In this document: piece by piece, positions 38,193-52,400 of the stretch | How the letters are laid out: each line of letters begins with the position of its first letter | Position numbering within the stretch: the stretch's first letter is position 1 | From: Penicillus capitatus | Lineage: Eukaryota; Plantae; Chlorophyta | NCBI GenBank assembly: GCA_965649825.1 | Contig: OZ287712.1 | Span: 186,001 to 250,000 of the forward strand | Length of the DNA: 64,000 nt | Direction of reading: 5' to 3' | The notes under the pieces: model-generated | What the model was told of the DNA's origin: nothing | The model's input: only the letters and a program-made list of their open reading frames with translations | Databases searched by the model: none | Translations under genes and position numbers: made by a program

Positions 38193-41100
38193 ATAACATT
38201 TCATCGCGGCAGGTCTGACAATTCCGGATTTACCGTGTTGCCTTGTCGGTTGATCGTTTTGAAGAGAATGACATTTCATCAAGCCAGGCTTGGCGGAGCC
38301 ATGGTCAGCCTGTGGCTATTATAGCCAAGGCATGTGTACTAACCGCTGAAATGCTGGTTGCTTGTATCAGAACCACATTTAAGCAGTTTGTTGAAACATC
38401 CGACTTCAGTTTACAACGACAATGCTATTGGCCTGCATTCCACAGACGTCGTGTCTGTCATGCGGCACATAAGCATAAATTAGATAGATCATAAGGTCAC
38501 ACAATTGTTCCATCGCTTGTTCGCATTTATCTCTGCTCTGACAGCGTCTTTGAATTTTTCTCCCCGCAAAGGTCGTACAGTGATTATCCGTTCCTGTCGC
38601 TGACTCTTTGAATAGGACGCCAGCGTCGAGGTTTAACGATCCCACGAAATCCGCGTATCGTCAATCAGTAAGTACCTTCTACACAAATGCGACTGCGTCC
38701 ATCGTGCAGTGTCGTTCACTGGTCTATCCATCCGAATTCGTCTCTGGCTAAGTTAAAAATGCGACGAAGGGGCAGGGTACAAACCGCAATGGCTGATGCT
38801 ATGGGTGTTTCCCCCGATTTGAAAGCAACCTTCAAAATCGCAATTGGAGTCGAATCTAGGATGTCTTGTAGGTTTTGTGTCGGTTTCCGAGCAAGGGAAT
38901 CCTGTTTCAGGCAGGACGTTCTAAAACTCGTTGTCTGGGTGCCGGAAAACATTGAAGGCCAAATCACGACGTCAAGAATGGCTTCTCTTAGTGACCAGTG
39001 TGCTTAATGGCAACGATGGAAGCTAACCGAAGGCTAGTCCCTATCACATGATGTTTCTCTTTCTTTAGTGCAAGTCAGAAACTCTGTGCGGACCTTCGAA
39101 CGTGATGATGGATGAAACATTATGTAAACCACTGTTTTCCCACTTCTAAAACATGACAAGACCCCAGTGTCCTTCTCTGTTTGATTCAAATAAATGAGCA
39201 CGATGTCCTCAGCACATTCGCCTCTTGAGTCTAGTAAAATGAACGAATGGCATCTCGTGGATGTCATTGAGTTTTCTAAACCCGATTCTGATCACCTGAA
39301 GAATTGTATAAAGCAGGCGCCATCCCTGTAACTGTAACGTAAAGGTATAACTAATAGAATCTACTCTTGCTTCTTGCGAGACTCGCACGTATTACCCTCT
39401 ATTTGTTCTTGCAAGATTTCTTCTGTCACTGGATCGTGGGGATGAATGACGCAACACAAGAGCAATTCGAACGTTACCTGTTCGGCATTGGAAGTTTCTG
39501 TTCAAAAGGTCATCATCAGTCGAAGAAATGCAAGAAGCCTAAGCTGAACAACTGAGTACCCTTGGAGCCTTTATAAAGTCTAGAAACTCCGTGTTCTGGT
39601 GTACACTACTACTCTCCACACGTCGGTAAACAAGACGATAACGTCATCTCTTGTGTGAATATGTGTTTAATAGATACAACGAAGGACTTCCTAGTGCTTA
39701 ACTTGCATCTATGTTGTCCCTGAAGGTTTGCCATAACACAGACGGCGAAATCTCCAGTTCTTGGCAAACACACCCACTGCCCCGGTAGTTCATCGCACCG
39801 GACTCTGTCCAGCAACCATCATCTTTGCCGTGTTCGGTAGTCAGTCTTTCGGTTTTTTTCATAGGGAGAACGACATGTGTATTCGTGACGACAACTGCCT
39901 CCCCGCTCACCACGGAACAACGACCGAGCAAGTTGTATGTACAGAAAAACACGTCCGCCGTCTTCCAATGTGCGATTCGAATCGGTGTGCCTGTCCGAGC
40001 CAGTTGAGAATATCCAAAAATCTGTCACAGCAAGCAGATCATTGGCGAGCTAGAATCGCGTGTCCCGCTTCTTTATCTTTTTGTGATCATATCTCTCTGC
40101 GTAGATTCTTCGACTGTAAATCGAAAGGACTCAAAGTTGCACCAAGGTGCTTAGCCACAGACACAGAATTCTCCACGGAACGCTCAAATCCGAGACGTTT
40201 GCCTGTCTAATGTCATCATCCAGACACGCCACTCGCAGAGAATGCTTGTCCCACAAGTCGCCAAGGAACGTCGACTGCTAAACGGCGTCAGATGCGAATT
40301 CACAGAGCTTCTGTTTCAGCCCGTTTCTTGATCTCCAAGACCACACGGGGCTTGCCACACGCCAAATCTTCTAACGCCCTCCCGTACAAAACACCTACCC
40401 TTCACGCCTGCGCCAGGAATGCGAGAGCTACTCGGACGATACAGACTGCACGGTCATCGATATCCTACACCCACCGTGTTTAGGGCCAGGGTATCCCGGA
40501 TCATGCCGAACGATCTACCACGGTGTTTTCCCGCTTATTTGCAGCCCAGGCCTTCGCGCCTGTAGCGCCTTGGCTCATCCTTCTCAGCGAGCCGAACGTG
40601 TCTTTCTTCTATGGATCGGCGTACCGAGCTCGAATTCCCCGCGTCTGTCGCGGCATCGCAAAGCACGCTGAGCGCGAGGTGGGGAGAGAGAGCGCGATGA
40701 GAACGAGGGTCCTGTCCGTCTCGCCGAGAGAGGATTTGCGCCTGCCGTTCTACCGAGAGCAATTGGCGGTCCTGATGGGAAGACGCGCAGAGCCGGCGTT
40801 CTTTCGGACACAGAAGGCAGCAGACTGCCTGGAGATCGTGGCCATGAAGACGCCGTCGACCGCTTTTCGTGATCGTCACAAGAAACGCGCGTCGTGAAAG
40901 CGAGTTCAAAAAACGGCTGCGATGCTTAAAGATCGAACATTAACAGGTAACCGGATTGTTCCAGAGGGTCATGCAAAATCTCCAGAACTCATGCCGGAAA
41001 GAATGCGATCGGCTTCTCATTCGTTAGGAGACGCGTTTTCAGCAGTAGCTTCTCTCCCAGCCTGGTGCTTGGATGAACTCAGGATGGCCGTAATATCCCT

Positions 41101-44100
41101 CGCACAAAAGGTAATCAGATTCGCAATAATATTTATCAAAGCAGAAGTCCCATGCATCGAGATCTACATACAGACATTCGAGTTCGATACTCGACTAAAT
41201 AGATTCGGCAAGTAACGATGTCTGTTGCATATCAATTCGACGCAGGCGTCTTTCAAATACGAATACTCTTGATGTTCAGGGAGGGCGTCGAACTTCTCGC
41301 CGCTGACTTCACATACGACAAACACCACAGTGAGAACGAGGTTTTGTCACGTAGCTGTTCATCCATACTGGCTTGGATGGCGCGTCCTTCTTTCAGGAGG
41401 AGTTTGCCGCCGACGTGGCCACTCTCGTCGACGACCGACTCCGTGGTGGGACGGTAAGCTGTCGCCTACAGAACACAAGACAGTCACCACGGAGGGTTGC
41501 TGCAGTGGGGATCTTGCTGCGTAAAGGCAGAGGAGAGCGGCGAAGAAGAACAGAGCTGCGTTGACAGACATGTTGTTCGAGACGAAGTCCGGAGAACCTG
41601 AGAGAGATGCACAAACGCGCAAAGGGAAGTGGCGGTGGTCGAGAACTCTGCTGGCATTTATACCTTCAAGCTACAGTTAGCGGTCCGAATTCAGACAGCA
41701 GTCCAGAAGCGACGTGTCCGAATTCGGCAGTGCCTCGTAGGCCGACGAACGCATTTGCCAATTCGGTCGCATCCGTCGCCCGCGACCCAGCAGCTGCTGT
41801 CGCATGGAGAGCTTTCTTAGGATGCATTCGGCAACAGCCACGATGTGACTTGCTCTGGCGCGCATGTGCCGAACGGTTAGCCTCCATTTCCCTCCCAGCG
41901 CAAACCGAGGCAGTCTGTCTGCGAAGGCGAAACGCGGACGACCGCCTTCCACGTTCGCTGCGAGACAGAGAGGGACTAATTGTTTCCTGAACGGGGACTT
42001 GGCCGACCGCCCGGACGCAAGGACGCTGTCTCTTATTGCCATTTCTCGCAGATGCCGCAGCAACCGAGAATGGCTTAGGCGCCACGAACGAATGACTGCT
42101 CTCCCGCTGTCCGCGGTGGCAAAAAAGAGGTGCAGGCGAGAAACACACCCTAGATAAAAAGATGATCTACGCCGCCGATGACGGACGTGTCACCTGCGCG
42201 TTCGTTCGACGTGGCACGTAGGAAACGGACACTTCCCAACTTGTCCTTTCCGTCTTCTGCACTGCGACTGGTGCATCTTCGACGGGAGAATCGGCGTCGG
42301 CGGAAAACTCATCCGTCCAGAAGGATGGGCAACGCGCTGAACTTCCGCGGCGGTCATCGTTTACCGGCGCCGGTTTACAGGCGAATGACTGGCCGTCTGC
42401 TCAGGCCGAGTCCGGACGCCGTGTCTGCGTAGCGCCTTTTGGCAGTCGGCGCGGTCACCCGTCCGTCTGGTCAATGATGCCGCCGTCCGAAGCAACGGAC
42501 TCCGATCAGCGCGACAGCGCGTTTTCGCGTTTTCGGCGGACGAGAACGAACGTCTTGCCGCGTCGATCCTTCTCCCGCTCCACACGCGCATCTCCCATGC
42601 GAATGACACGAGAAAGATCGCGAATGAAGGCGTGGCACGTACGCAGGAGATCGTGGACCAAGGTCATCCGATGACCGAAGGAGCGGTGCACAGAGCACAA
42701 CGGTCCTTTCTCAGACCACGTCGCAGCTATTTGGAGGCAGGGGACGGAGAATCCTCAGTTCTGTCGCAAACGGAAAGCCGCTGTCTTGCGACGCGCGTGG
42801 ACGACGAGGCTGGCGTGCGATGTCTGTGAACACGCGAAGGTCATCTCACCGTAACCCGAACCAGACGCGTTCCAATCCAGACGACACACGTCGGCAGAGC
42901 GGCGTCGGAGTCGCGTCGCCGAAGGAGATTCCGCAGTGAACGCCGACCCTTCGAGAATCCCGCTCTGACGGCACGCGCCCTGCCCTGGACCCAGAATCAT
43001 CACTCTTCGTGCTCATACCCCGGTCGCGGTGTCACACATCCATGTGACTCTGATAAGAATATGTATCCACTCGCACATGGCTGGCAACGTCCCTCATCTA
43101 GACTCTTTGTCTTATGGCAGGCATCACAGCTGGAGAAGGGAAGTCGAAGAAGTCGCTAAGGATAGATCGAAGCAGATCGTATCACGTGTGGTCGCCAAAT
43201 ACCGCATCTAACAGATGGATGGCCTGCTGACGAGCAGCGAAAGCCAAGAGGCCTTCTCTCTGTGACCGAGGTCGCCGAACTCGACTCGCCTGTCCCTCAT
43301 TGGCAGTCAAGATTCGCACTGTCCTGTCGAGGGCAGGAATGCTGTCGCCGATCTCATCATTGGATTGCCGTCGAAGAACCCTGTTTCTGGAGCAGTCGGA
43401 GACGGCATCCTCCTGATAGGCATGTGATGAGTGATTGTCTCACAGATCCCTGACGATCGGAGAGAGGACTTCTGTAGCCTTGGAGAGCCAACGAGTCAGG
43501 TGATGCTGTGCTGAGTCACTCTGGTTCAGCGATGAGACAGGACCAGAGTTGTGTGAGAGTTCATGTTTCAAGGGAGAGATCGCGGCATCGTTGTCCGAGC
43601 GATCAGGAAATGCGCATCTCGCGTGTGACTTTGACGACTTCTGAATGGCAGAGTCTCCGAAGCCAGCAGATGATGTGACAACAGCAGCCGGATCGGAGCT
43701 CAGACTTCAGATGCAGAGGATCCCAGACCGTTGCCGGACTCGGTGGGAATCCGTATCCGGTTGCAGTTGTAGAGAAGTCGAGCAGCCTCGATCAGACGCC
43801 GTCAGTGACCTCTGTCAGCGCGGGACGTGCCACCGGTCCTACCAGATAGAAGATGCGTGGAGGATCGACCTCAGAGTTCGATCTCATCGTATCAGTTACG
43901 CAGCTCTCCTGCTCAAAGCGAAGACGCCTGTCAGCAGCATGCCTGCACGCCGCGATGAGATTTCACATGGGCTCTATCTTCGGCCAAGTCAGTCGTTCCG
44001 GCACCAGTTTGTACCCTGATCTATTCTGGTCTGCTTGTCATGGATGCGGTGCTGCCACCCGTATCATGACAGCAAACGCGTGCTGACACGTTTTCTGGCC

Positions 44101-47100
44101 TCACCTTCGTGGATATCTCATTTATCTGGAGTCTGGTGCTTTCCTCCGACTTTCTTTCCTTTAACCTAACTGGCCCAAAAAAGCCTCCAGCTCCCAAAGT
44201 TTTTGCGTCCAGTTTCGGAAATAGACAACGATGTGACTGGATCCGGTGCGCGCGGCACCCACTCTACGGTTGGCGACCATTCGCCTCCCACCGCCTGCGG
44301 AGGCGGTCGCTCGACGAAGCGGGAGCGTTACCCAGCCCTCGCATGGCCACGACGGGAAGGAAAGGGAGCTGCGCTCACGCCTCTCGTGAAGCGTGCCGAG
44401 CTCTCGGACGCGACGACGGAGTCTCTTGCGCCATCCTTCGCCGGTAGACGGCGCGAGAGGATGCGTCGCATGCCACGGCGGCACAGACTGCGTTCGCGCT
44501 CCTTGGCGGGCTGCAAGAGATCGTTCCGACGAAAGGCCAACGCCTCGAGGGCGATCCATTCCGTCTGTCGGCCAGCGCGCCGCCCTTCGTGGACATTCAA
44601 GATCGCGTTGACAGACCAATACACGCGCGGAAGACCGCCGATTCTCGCGCCGCTTGCGGAAGGAGATCGGGGAAGCACCTTCCTATCTACTCGCACACGC
44701 GATGCGCTGCTGAAGCTGGAAGTGTTGACAATGTTACACGAGTCCACCAGAGAACAACGTCGTCTGGGTCTGCAGGAGCTCAGTTGCCGGTCATCGGAAG
44801 AGCACAGGCGTGTCTGGGTCCATCGACGACTGTCCGCAAGTCGAGGTGTCTTCCATCTCTCTATGAGTATTCTCTGCGACGTGTACCTGGGCCGATTCTG
44901 CTCTGGTTGTTGGGGCTGGTCTAGAAAAACAGAGTTTCGAGTGCTTTGTCACTTACCTGCTCCGTGTGACAGTGTCGTTTCGATGGATGCATCTGGGCCA
45001 TTCAAATCATCCAGAAGAAGTCCCGTTCGTAACCTTCCGATCCATAGTGGACAGGGTTTCTCATTCGAAAGTGTGACTATCTGTGCATGTATCGTAGACA
45101 GTTTTTAGGCGCTCTAGTGTCGAGGATGTGTGCTGAGCATCGGAGAATCATGGATCCGGTGTCCAGATGCCTCTTGTGGTGGAATGCTATGAACAACAGC
45201 GTCTATAGCGACCGAGAACACGGATGAGTTTGTACCTCTCCCGAGCTTTGCAGAGATCTGCATCTTACGACGCCGAGTAGGTCACATCTCGAACAGTCGT
45301 CATCATTTGAAGGATAAGGCGAGCTTTGGTGCTTCTGGAGAGCGTCGAAGGAGGAAGGTTGCTCATCGGACGCTATTCATAACCTGTGATGTGCATTCCT
45401 ACAAGTGTGCACAGGAGAGACAATGTCGTCAGATGCTTACCTTTCGATGAACGGCGGGCGCTGTGCAAGCAGGATAGTGCAAAATCAGAAAATTAGGTGC
45501 TGCGTGCAATGCAAATCCACACAACAGTTTGTTACGTTTTCACGGAGACGAACCGATGTCGAACTGTCCGTCACTGGACGATTTCGGTGACAGCTGAATG
45601 AAGATTGTTTTCCCCGAATCGTCACCATATCACTTCCCCTCTGCGAACGCGATTGTCTGATTTGGGAACCCATAAGAAGTCTACTGCTAGGTGTCGGGCT
45701 GTTCAAAGTAACTGCTGACTTCCCTACAGAGTTTTCAACTCCTTTCGCTGCATGTTTATGATTCCAGGGTGTTAGGGATCACTTCCAAGGAAAGAATCTC
45801 GCCTGATGGCCGACTGTCCCGGCCAAGAAGTGCGCTGCCTGTGGAAGCTCTCGCTTGTGCGTGGTGCTGCGGATCATACAGAACAAGTCCCATCGCATGG
45901 GTAACCTTTCAAGTACAGCTCGTTTCTTGAGTGGAGCGCATGTCCTGACGAAGACAGCTCCCTGATCAGATCAAAACGGCGTGTGTATCTCTTCCGAGCA
46001 TCCAGAAGCATCCTCTCATGAGTAAGTTTGTTCGCTTCGCCCTTTACTTGACGAATTGAATATTCCGAAGTCAAAGTGTGATCTTGGCGATGCGAAGGAC
46101 AAATCGCTTCGTTGAAGAGACTTGGTAAACTTCCACATGACATCCGCGGAAGTGGAGACCATTGGCGTTTCAACCAGTCACGAAGAGGACGCCACTCTTG
46201 TGAATGCGTGTTGGCATGGATGGCCCCAAGGATTCTGGTGTTCTTTCATAAAATGGAGCTCCACTACATGCCCGACGAGTCATCTCCGTCTCTGTGTGTT
46301 GGAAGCGAACAAATGTAGTCACTCACGGTGTCCTCGGTTGATATCACTCCGTGTTGCTTTGGCTGCGACTGGAAAGTCGGGGTAATTCGCTTTACTCGTC
46401 GCCGACTTGGGCGTCTATTCATTGTACGACAAATTATGTTCTTTTGAAAGAGAGTTCTGCTCAGTTGACAATGGCATTTGTTTTGCTGATTTTAATTGAC
46501 TTGTATTTTGAAAGGCACGCTCGGTGGCCGTCGAGATAGACGCAAAAAGGTTTGCAGAGTCGAATCACCGCAAGGGCTCGAAGACAGGCGGAAGGTGCGC
46601 AGGAGAGTCGACAACATACACGAACAAACGATTAACTTCGATTCGATAAGCAAACAAACAGCCCAAAAGACAATTGAATACCCGTTGCTGCCTCAGGAAC
46701 GAGAAATCTTCCACGACTTCAAGCGGGACTTCTCTATGAGCTTGTGATGACCGGTGAAGCTTAGGCGGCTCTGCTAGAAGACATGCTCCGAAGCTAGTAC
46801 ATCCTTTGGTTGCCAAGGCTCTAGTCAAGTAAGCCCCTATCTCGACTGACTTTGCACGATATGTCACGTTTCAACGCTTCATCCAGACACTCAGCGCACC
46901 TTCTTGACACATCGGCAGATCTACTAGCACGTCTGTTTATTCTTCACACATCCCGACAGTCGAAATTCCTACGGTTATGGAATGCAAGAGGAACGGCTAT
47001 CAGGCCTTCCGATACAAACACGAAACCGAGAACAAACAAGTAATGAACTGATAGATCAAAAGAAAAAAGACCGACATAGTGAATTACAAATCCCCTTTGG

Positions 47101-48040
47101 TTCCCGCGAGCCAGCCAATTGGATCAAGAACCACAAATAGCAACGGAAGTAATTACATGTTTGCAGCTCCTGCCAATAAATGAAAACTCATGCGAACGGT
47201 AAATTGCGTCATCGCAGCCTTCGACGGTTCTAACCTCTCCGGCACATTTAGATGGTCTACCCATGATGAATGCCTTCCACAATGGTCTCTGCCCGATGTT
47301 TAAGGATTAGTTTCATTCCATGAGTTCTATTCATTTGGTTTTGATCTCTCCTTCCGAAGATTCTCTCTTCTTCAACATCACTGTCTCTTTGGTGAGCTCG
47401 ACTGTGTGTGCGATGAACGCCTTCATTACATCCATTAACTAAACGATGTTTCTATCTAATGCTTGGAAAGACTCAAGCACTTTATGCGTCTTTGAATCGG
47501 CATTGTGTGTTAGTCATTCTTTCTAGTCGTTCTGCTTGCTTGATCCTTCATGTCCATTGTAGATGCAGAAACGTTCGAGACAGCACACATGCTCGACAAC
47601 AACAATCTTGGATAAACCCCGTACGCTCCTTTACCAAACCTCATCCTTGGGTACGCAAGAAAGCAATACCCCTCCCCTTCCCGCGTTCTGGGTCGATCAC
47701 TCAACAGTCGCAACGTGCATCGAGCATGAGAATGCGCGTCTTGAAGAGAAAATCGCGACACAAGGACAGCAATGTCATCTTTCGCGAGGTAACACGGAAT
47801 CTCACTCCAAACCCACTTTGGCACATAATCTTACGAACCGAAGTCTAGTGTTTTTTTAGCCAAGATCCTCCTAGTCTCCCGCCTCGACGTACCTGATGCG
47901 AAACACAATCCCGTTCTGTCGACCTTCTGCATCTGCGTACGACTCTTTGATGCGACAGGAAGGAAGGCGAGGAAGGGAATTTCACAGGCGAAAGAGAAGG
48001 TGACATGGACAACATATTCCACAAAGCTTCATGATCAGCA

Positions 48041-48260
48041 TCGTTACGATTTCGAATCAAAGAGTGCCACATACCAGTTTAATCTGCTCAAGAGCTTTGC
48101 ATTTGGCCTCTGCCGTCGACAAAGTTGAATGCATTTGGCAATGCCGATGTCGTCCGTTCACAACGAGAATGGTAGGAGATCGCTCAGCCTTCTGTCGAGA
48201 AATAGCCGAAAAAAATTCAACACACTCACATTGGTTATTGTCCGATCATGCACACACAGC
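48041..48260. repeat. Dispersed ~230-bp repeat, copy 2 (other copy 16556-16785)
   Basis: Same shared blocks as at 16556-16785. Confidence 0.75.
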
Positions 48261-49447
48261 ACTCCGATGAAGAACGGAGGTCAGGTCCACGATCTCAGTC
48301 ATACTGCGCCACAAGATCGTCCATGATACGTAAATAACTTGAACTCTGCGATGCTGCCAGATTTTTCGTCTTCTGACTTAATACCGTCATGCTTATCATT
48401 GCCGACAGGGCAGCAAAGAAGGATCATCTCTTGCATGATGAAATCGGATGTCGGCCATGTGATGAATGAAGTGCTCGAGAAGAACGATCATCCCACATCT
48501 CTATCGCAGAATTCGGATTACTGAACGGACAACGATGACGATGCAAACAAAGAGTCGTCATGTCATGTAGATGAGGCGGAAACGATAGATGTATGTTTGC
48601 ATTACTGTGCGATGCGGTTTTATCATCGATCCGTTCTCTGTGTCGGAGATGTCTGCTCCCAGAATGTCCCGATCATCACTGACGTTGCGCAGTCCAGAAT
48701 GGCAGGATTGGATTGTTTGCGAGGACAGAACCGCGCTATCGAATGTGTATTTCGACATCCATTTAACAAAAAATCGATTGCAGTCGAGAGCGGATACATC
48801 GTGTGCGTCAAATCAAAGATCGATTACATCTGGATGATGTACATCGTTCACTGTTGTGACAAATGGACCTTTCATTTGTACGAAGAACAGTGATTCATTG
48901 AATCTACGTGAGACTTGCGAGATCTCGGGCTATGCTTTAAAACGAAGGAGCCGCAAAAGCCAGGTTACGTAGTAAAGACGATGCCATTCGCAAATGCTAT
49001 TGCACTTTTATGCAAATAGACTCCGCTGTTAAGACAAGGAGACTATCTCTAAACAGATTTTTCACTGATGGGCGATGGATTAACAATGTGATACAAAACA
49101 CTTGTGGTAAAAGGATGTATCGCAATCCTGCTCCGTTTATGTGCTTCCAATACATGTCCTTGTAATGAGCGACACGTTCAAGTTAATACTCAGTAAGGAT
49201 ATCCGGCCATGCAAAAACTATGACAGAAACCGGCACTTGGTAGTTGGCCAGTCGGCCAAGGAAACGAAAAACAACTCCTGCGAGAAAAGTCTCCGACACT
49301 GTATCCAGATCGATTCATGCAACGACAGATTCGTGCAATGGATGACAAGTCACACAACTTATGTTTATACGATTAAAAAGAAAAAACACATCACTGATTC
49401 AATGAAAACAGAAAAGCTGTCGCCCATCGAAGCTAATGTGGAGCGAT

Positions 49448-52400
49448 TTACACACTGGAAGAGGGACCTGGATTGCTAGGCGGATTATAAGGTTCGCCAG
49501 TCTGTTTGCCACACAAGCGTCCAATGCATTGCGTCACACGTGTAGAAAGAAAAGCCCTTAAGACACGGAAGGCGCTCCAGTCTTGGATATCTCCCATGCC
49601 TTGGTCTTCAAGGACAGCCTTCAGATAGACTTCCGCAGATTTGACAAAGGCGTAAAACAGAACAAGAAAGAACCCACAGATTGCCATGGACAGCAGAAGT
49701 GTGAGGAGAATCTTGACCGCTTCAGAGGTGCGATCGTCATTAAAGAACAAACCAGAGGCGAAGGTCAGCTGAGAAACAACCAAAGATGCGGTCTCGAAGG
49801 CATTCAGAAAACCATAAGGCTCGTCGAAGGGCTGACAGGCACCATGGACATAATATGCGAATGTGAGAATGCAAACAGCGAGGATCCCTTGGATGTTGGT
49901 TCCCAAGGGATAGGAGAAGGCAACCACGACAGTCAAAACAGCCTTTCTGAGCATCACTATGGATTCCCAAAAAATGAAACGCTCTTTGTATGCACGGTAC
50001 AGGAATCCGGTGGCATCAGCGAGCCAGGGATTCTGACCGGGCTCCTGAGAGCGTTGTCTGATTAAGACATAAGCCAGGAAGGCAGGTAGTCCAAAGGAAA
50101 AGACAACGAGGACAGGCCAACCCGCAGTTGCGGCGAGCACAGCATGAGATCCTTCATAGCATTTCAGGGAGGTATCCAGCGCCCAGTACTTGGCAGTATG
50201 ATCATCATTGTCAACGGAGTCATGCACCCTGATGCAGTGAAGCGTGTTGACGGCTGTCTTGGTAATGGACACGTAGGTAAGGTAAGCAACGGCCAGGAAA
50301 CTGAGTAGTGCTCTCTTCGCGAAGTACCATGTGTTCTCTTTGTGCTTTCGCGTCAAGAAGATCCAGAAAATTACGTAGAAAAGAAATGTGCCTGCAGGGA
50401 TGAGAAGGTGGACGATGGATCGCATGACGGATCTGGGTGGATTGTTGTGCTGATCAAACAGGCAGTCCACAGAGAGAGCTATTCCTGCAGTGGCAGCTCC
50501 GCTCAGGAAGTCTGCAAGACACAAGAGAGCGTCGACAAGACATTTTTGAATTCAGAAGCCCCATAGCATACCTGCTGCGAACAGCAATGAACGCATCCAA
50601 TTGGTCCACTTCAGGTTGACGATTGCAGCCGTCGCAACCACTTGAAGGAAATTGATGCCGATCTGTGATACAGAACGGACCTGCGTATTGGAAAAGATGA
50701 AAAAGATATTGCCTTGAAGATTTCGACGAGTATGAGCTTCGCAATGATTGGATCGGAGTGTGATGGGTCATTCCTCGTTGCGGATTCAGGTCGATCTGGG
50801 CGCACAGCTTCTGGCGTTATCTCTGCTCTCTGTGTCGTTTCCACCAGTTCGAAGTGGCCTGGAATGTTGGTCGACGAGATTCTTTTCTTCGAAGGAACAA
50901 GCCGACTATTTTTTCGACTGACTCGATTGCTTGGATTATGATTTGTTCGGCTTCGATTCGCCACCAGCATCCTTGTATCTAAGTTGCTTCTAATTGCGAA
51001 GCTGGAGAGAAGAAACAACACAAAGATAGAGGCCACAAGAAGCATCGCCGTTCCAGAATCACGGTAGCATTCGTCGCATTCAAAGGACCAAGAACGTCCA
51101 TAACCAACATCACAGGCGCCACACAGGAAACCAGTGTAACCCTAATAAGGCAGAATGATTGGCAATTGTCGTCGCTGAGAGTAGCCTCACTTTCTTGCAC
51201 TGGGCCTCCGAGTAGTCTCTGTCCAGTGTCTCTTCGATTTCGCAGGTTTCCATTTCTCTCGTCAAGTCGTTCAAAGCATCTTCTCGGCCACTGAAGTCAC
51301 ACGCCTCTCTCGAAACACACTGCTGGACGTGACGTGAACAGGGGGTTCGATGCCAATAGCCCCTGTTTGGGTGGATGACATCCGTGGTGCAGTTGCCGTT
51401 GTCTGGACATGGCAGGCACATAGATGCATCCGGGTCAAAGTTGTACTGCGACCCACTGCAGCGGACACAGAGAGCCCCATCTCCCTGAACAGACTCCCCA
51501 AGCTGACACTCTCTGACTTCGACTTCGACGGAGAGCGGCTCCAGACCGGGTTCGCTAAAGTTCATTCGGATCTCGTACCGGCCTGGACGCTGGAATCCAG
51601 AGATCGGCGGGAAGCTCTTCCGCTTCTCATTCACCTGCGTGTTGAACTCTCCAGAGAACAGACCGTTCGGAGAGTACATCGTTGCCTGGACAAATGCATC
51701 CCCTTCTCCGATGGCAGGACTCTGTCCGTACCCGTCCACGATCTCGACAAGAAGCATCGGGAGGGAGTCTCCACTTCGATGGTTCCCAGAAACGAGTTCG
51801 TTGTTCTCGATAGGCCGTTCACTGTCGTCTTGACCATTGCCGATCGCGAATCCGCGGACGGATCTCGCATACGAGGCAATGACTGGACCGTATAGTTCGG
51901 CTTCGTTGGTCGTCCAGTCTGGGCACATATCCTTGGTCGATTCCAACATCTCCAATTCTTCTAGAGCGTCCGCCTGGTACAACTCAGGAGGCGTTTCTGT
52001 GTCTTCAGGAGAGCAGGAGTAACGAAGGACGCTGGGATCCTGTGTGAAGATGGCACCTCCGGATGTCTTGGCCCGATTGTTTGAGAACGTGCTGCCGGTC
52101 ACTGCCACCAATGTGCAAGAAGCATCTGATCTCGTGCAGTCTTGTGGATGGCGCTGAGTGGAAACATGCACCGCACCTATGACACACTCATGAGAATTGT
52201 TCTGCTTTCAAACTATTAAGACACCTCCAAGATCGGCACTGTTGTTATTGAATGTGCAGTTGTTCAGCTGCAGCGCCAGAGACTGGGACTCGGGGATATC
52301 AAAAGCAATCGCTCCTCCGTGCCTATGTGCTTCGTTGTCACTGAAGGTGCATCGCGAGCACAGGAAGGTGGATGACGCGTCCGCCAGAACAGCCCCACCG

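Larger units (their letters stand above)
18784..40540. repeat. Tandem segmental repeat unit 1 (~21.8 kb including 4.5 kb retrotransposon)
   Basis: Begins gcagcttaggcctccgcgcctctagcgccttggctcatcc, which recurs at 40541 and 59498. Gene order is collinear with unit 2. Confidence 0.9.

Noticed and set aside
39604-39615. CACTACTACT, a possible CACTA transposon end
   Set aside because: No matching inverted terminus with a 3-bp TSD and no transposase found.
38530-40170. Short ORFs in the unit-1-specific tail (38687-39007, 39698-39952, 39761-40210)
   Set aside because: No recognisable motifs, no consistent splice structure, and no counterpart in unit 2.
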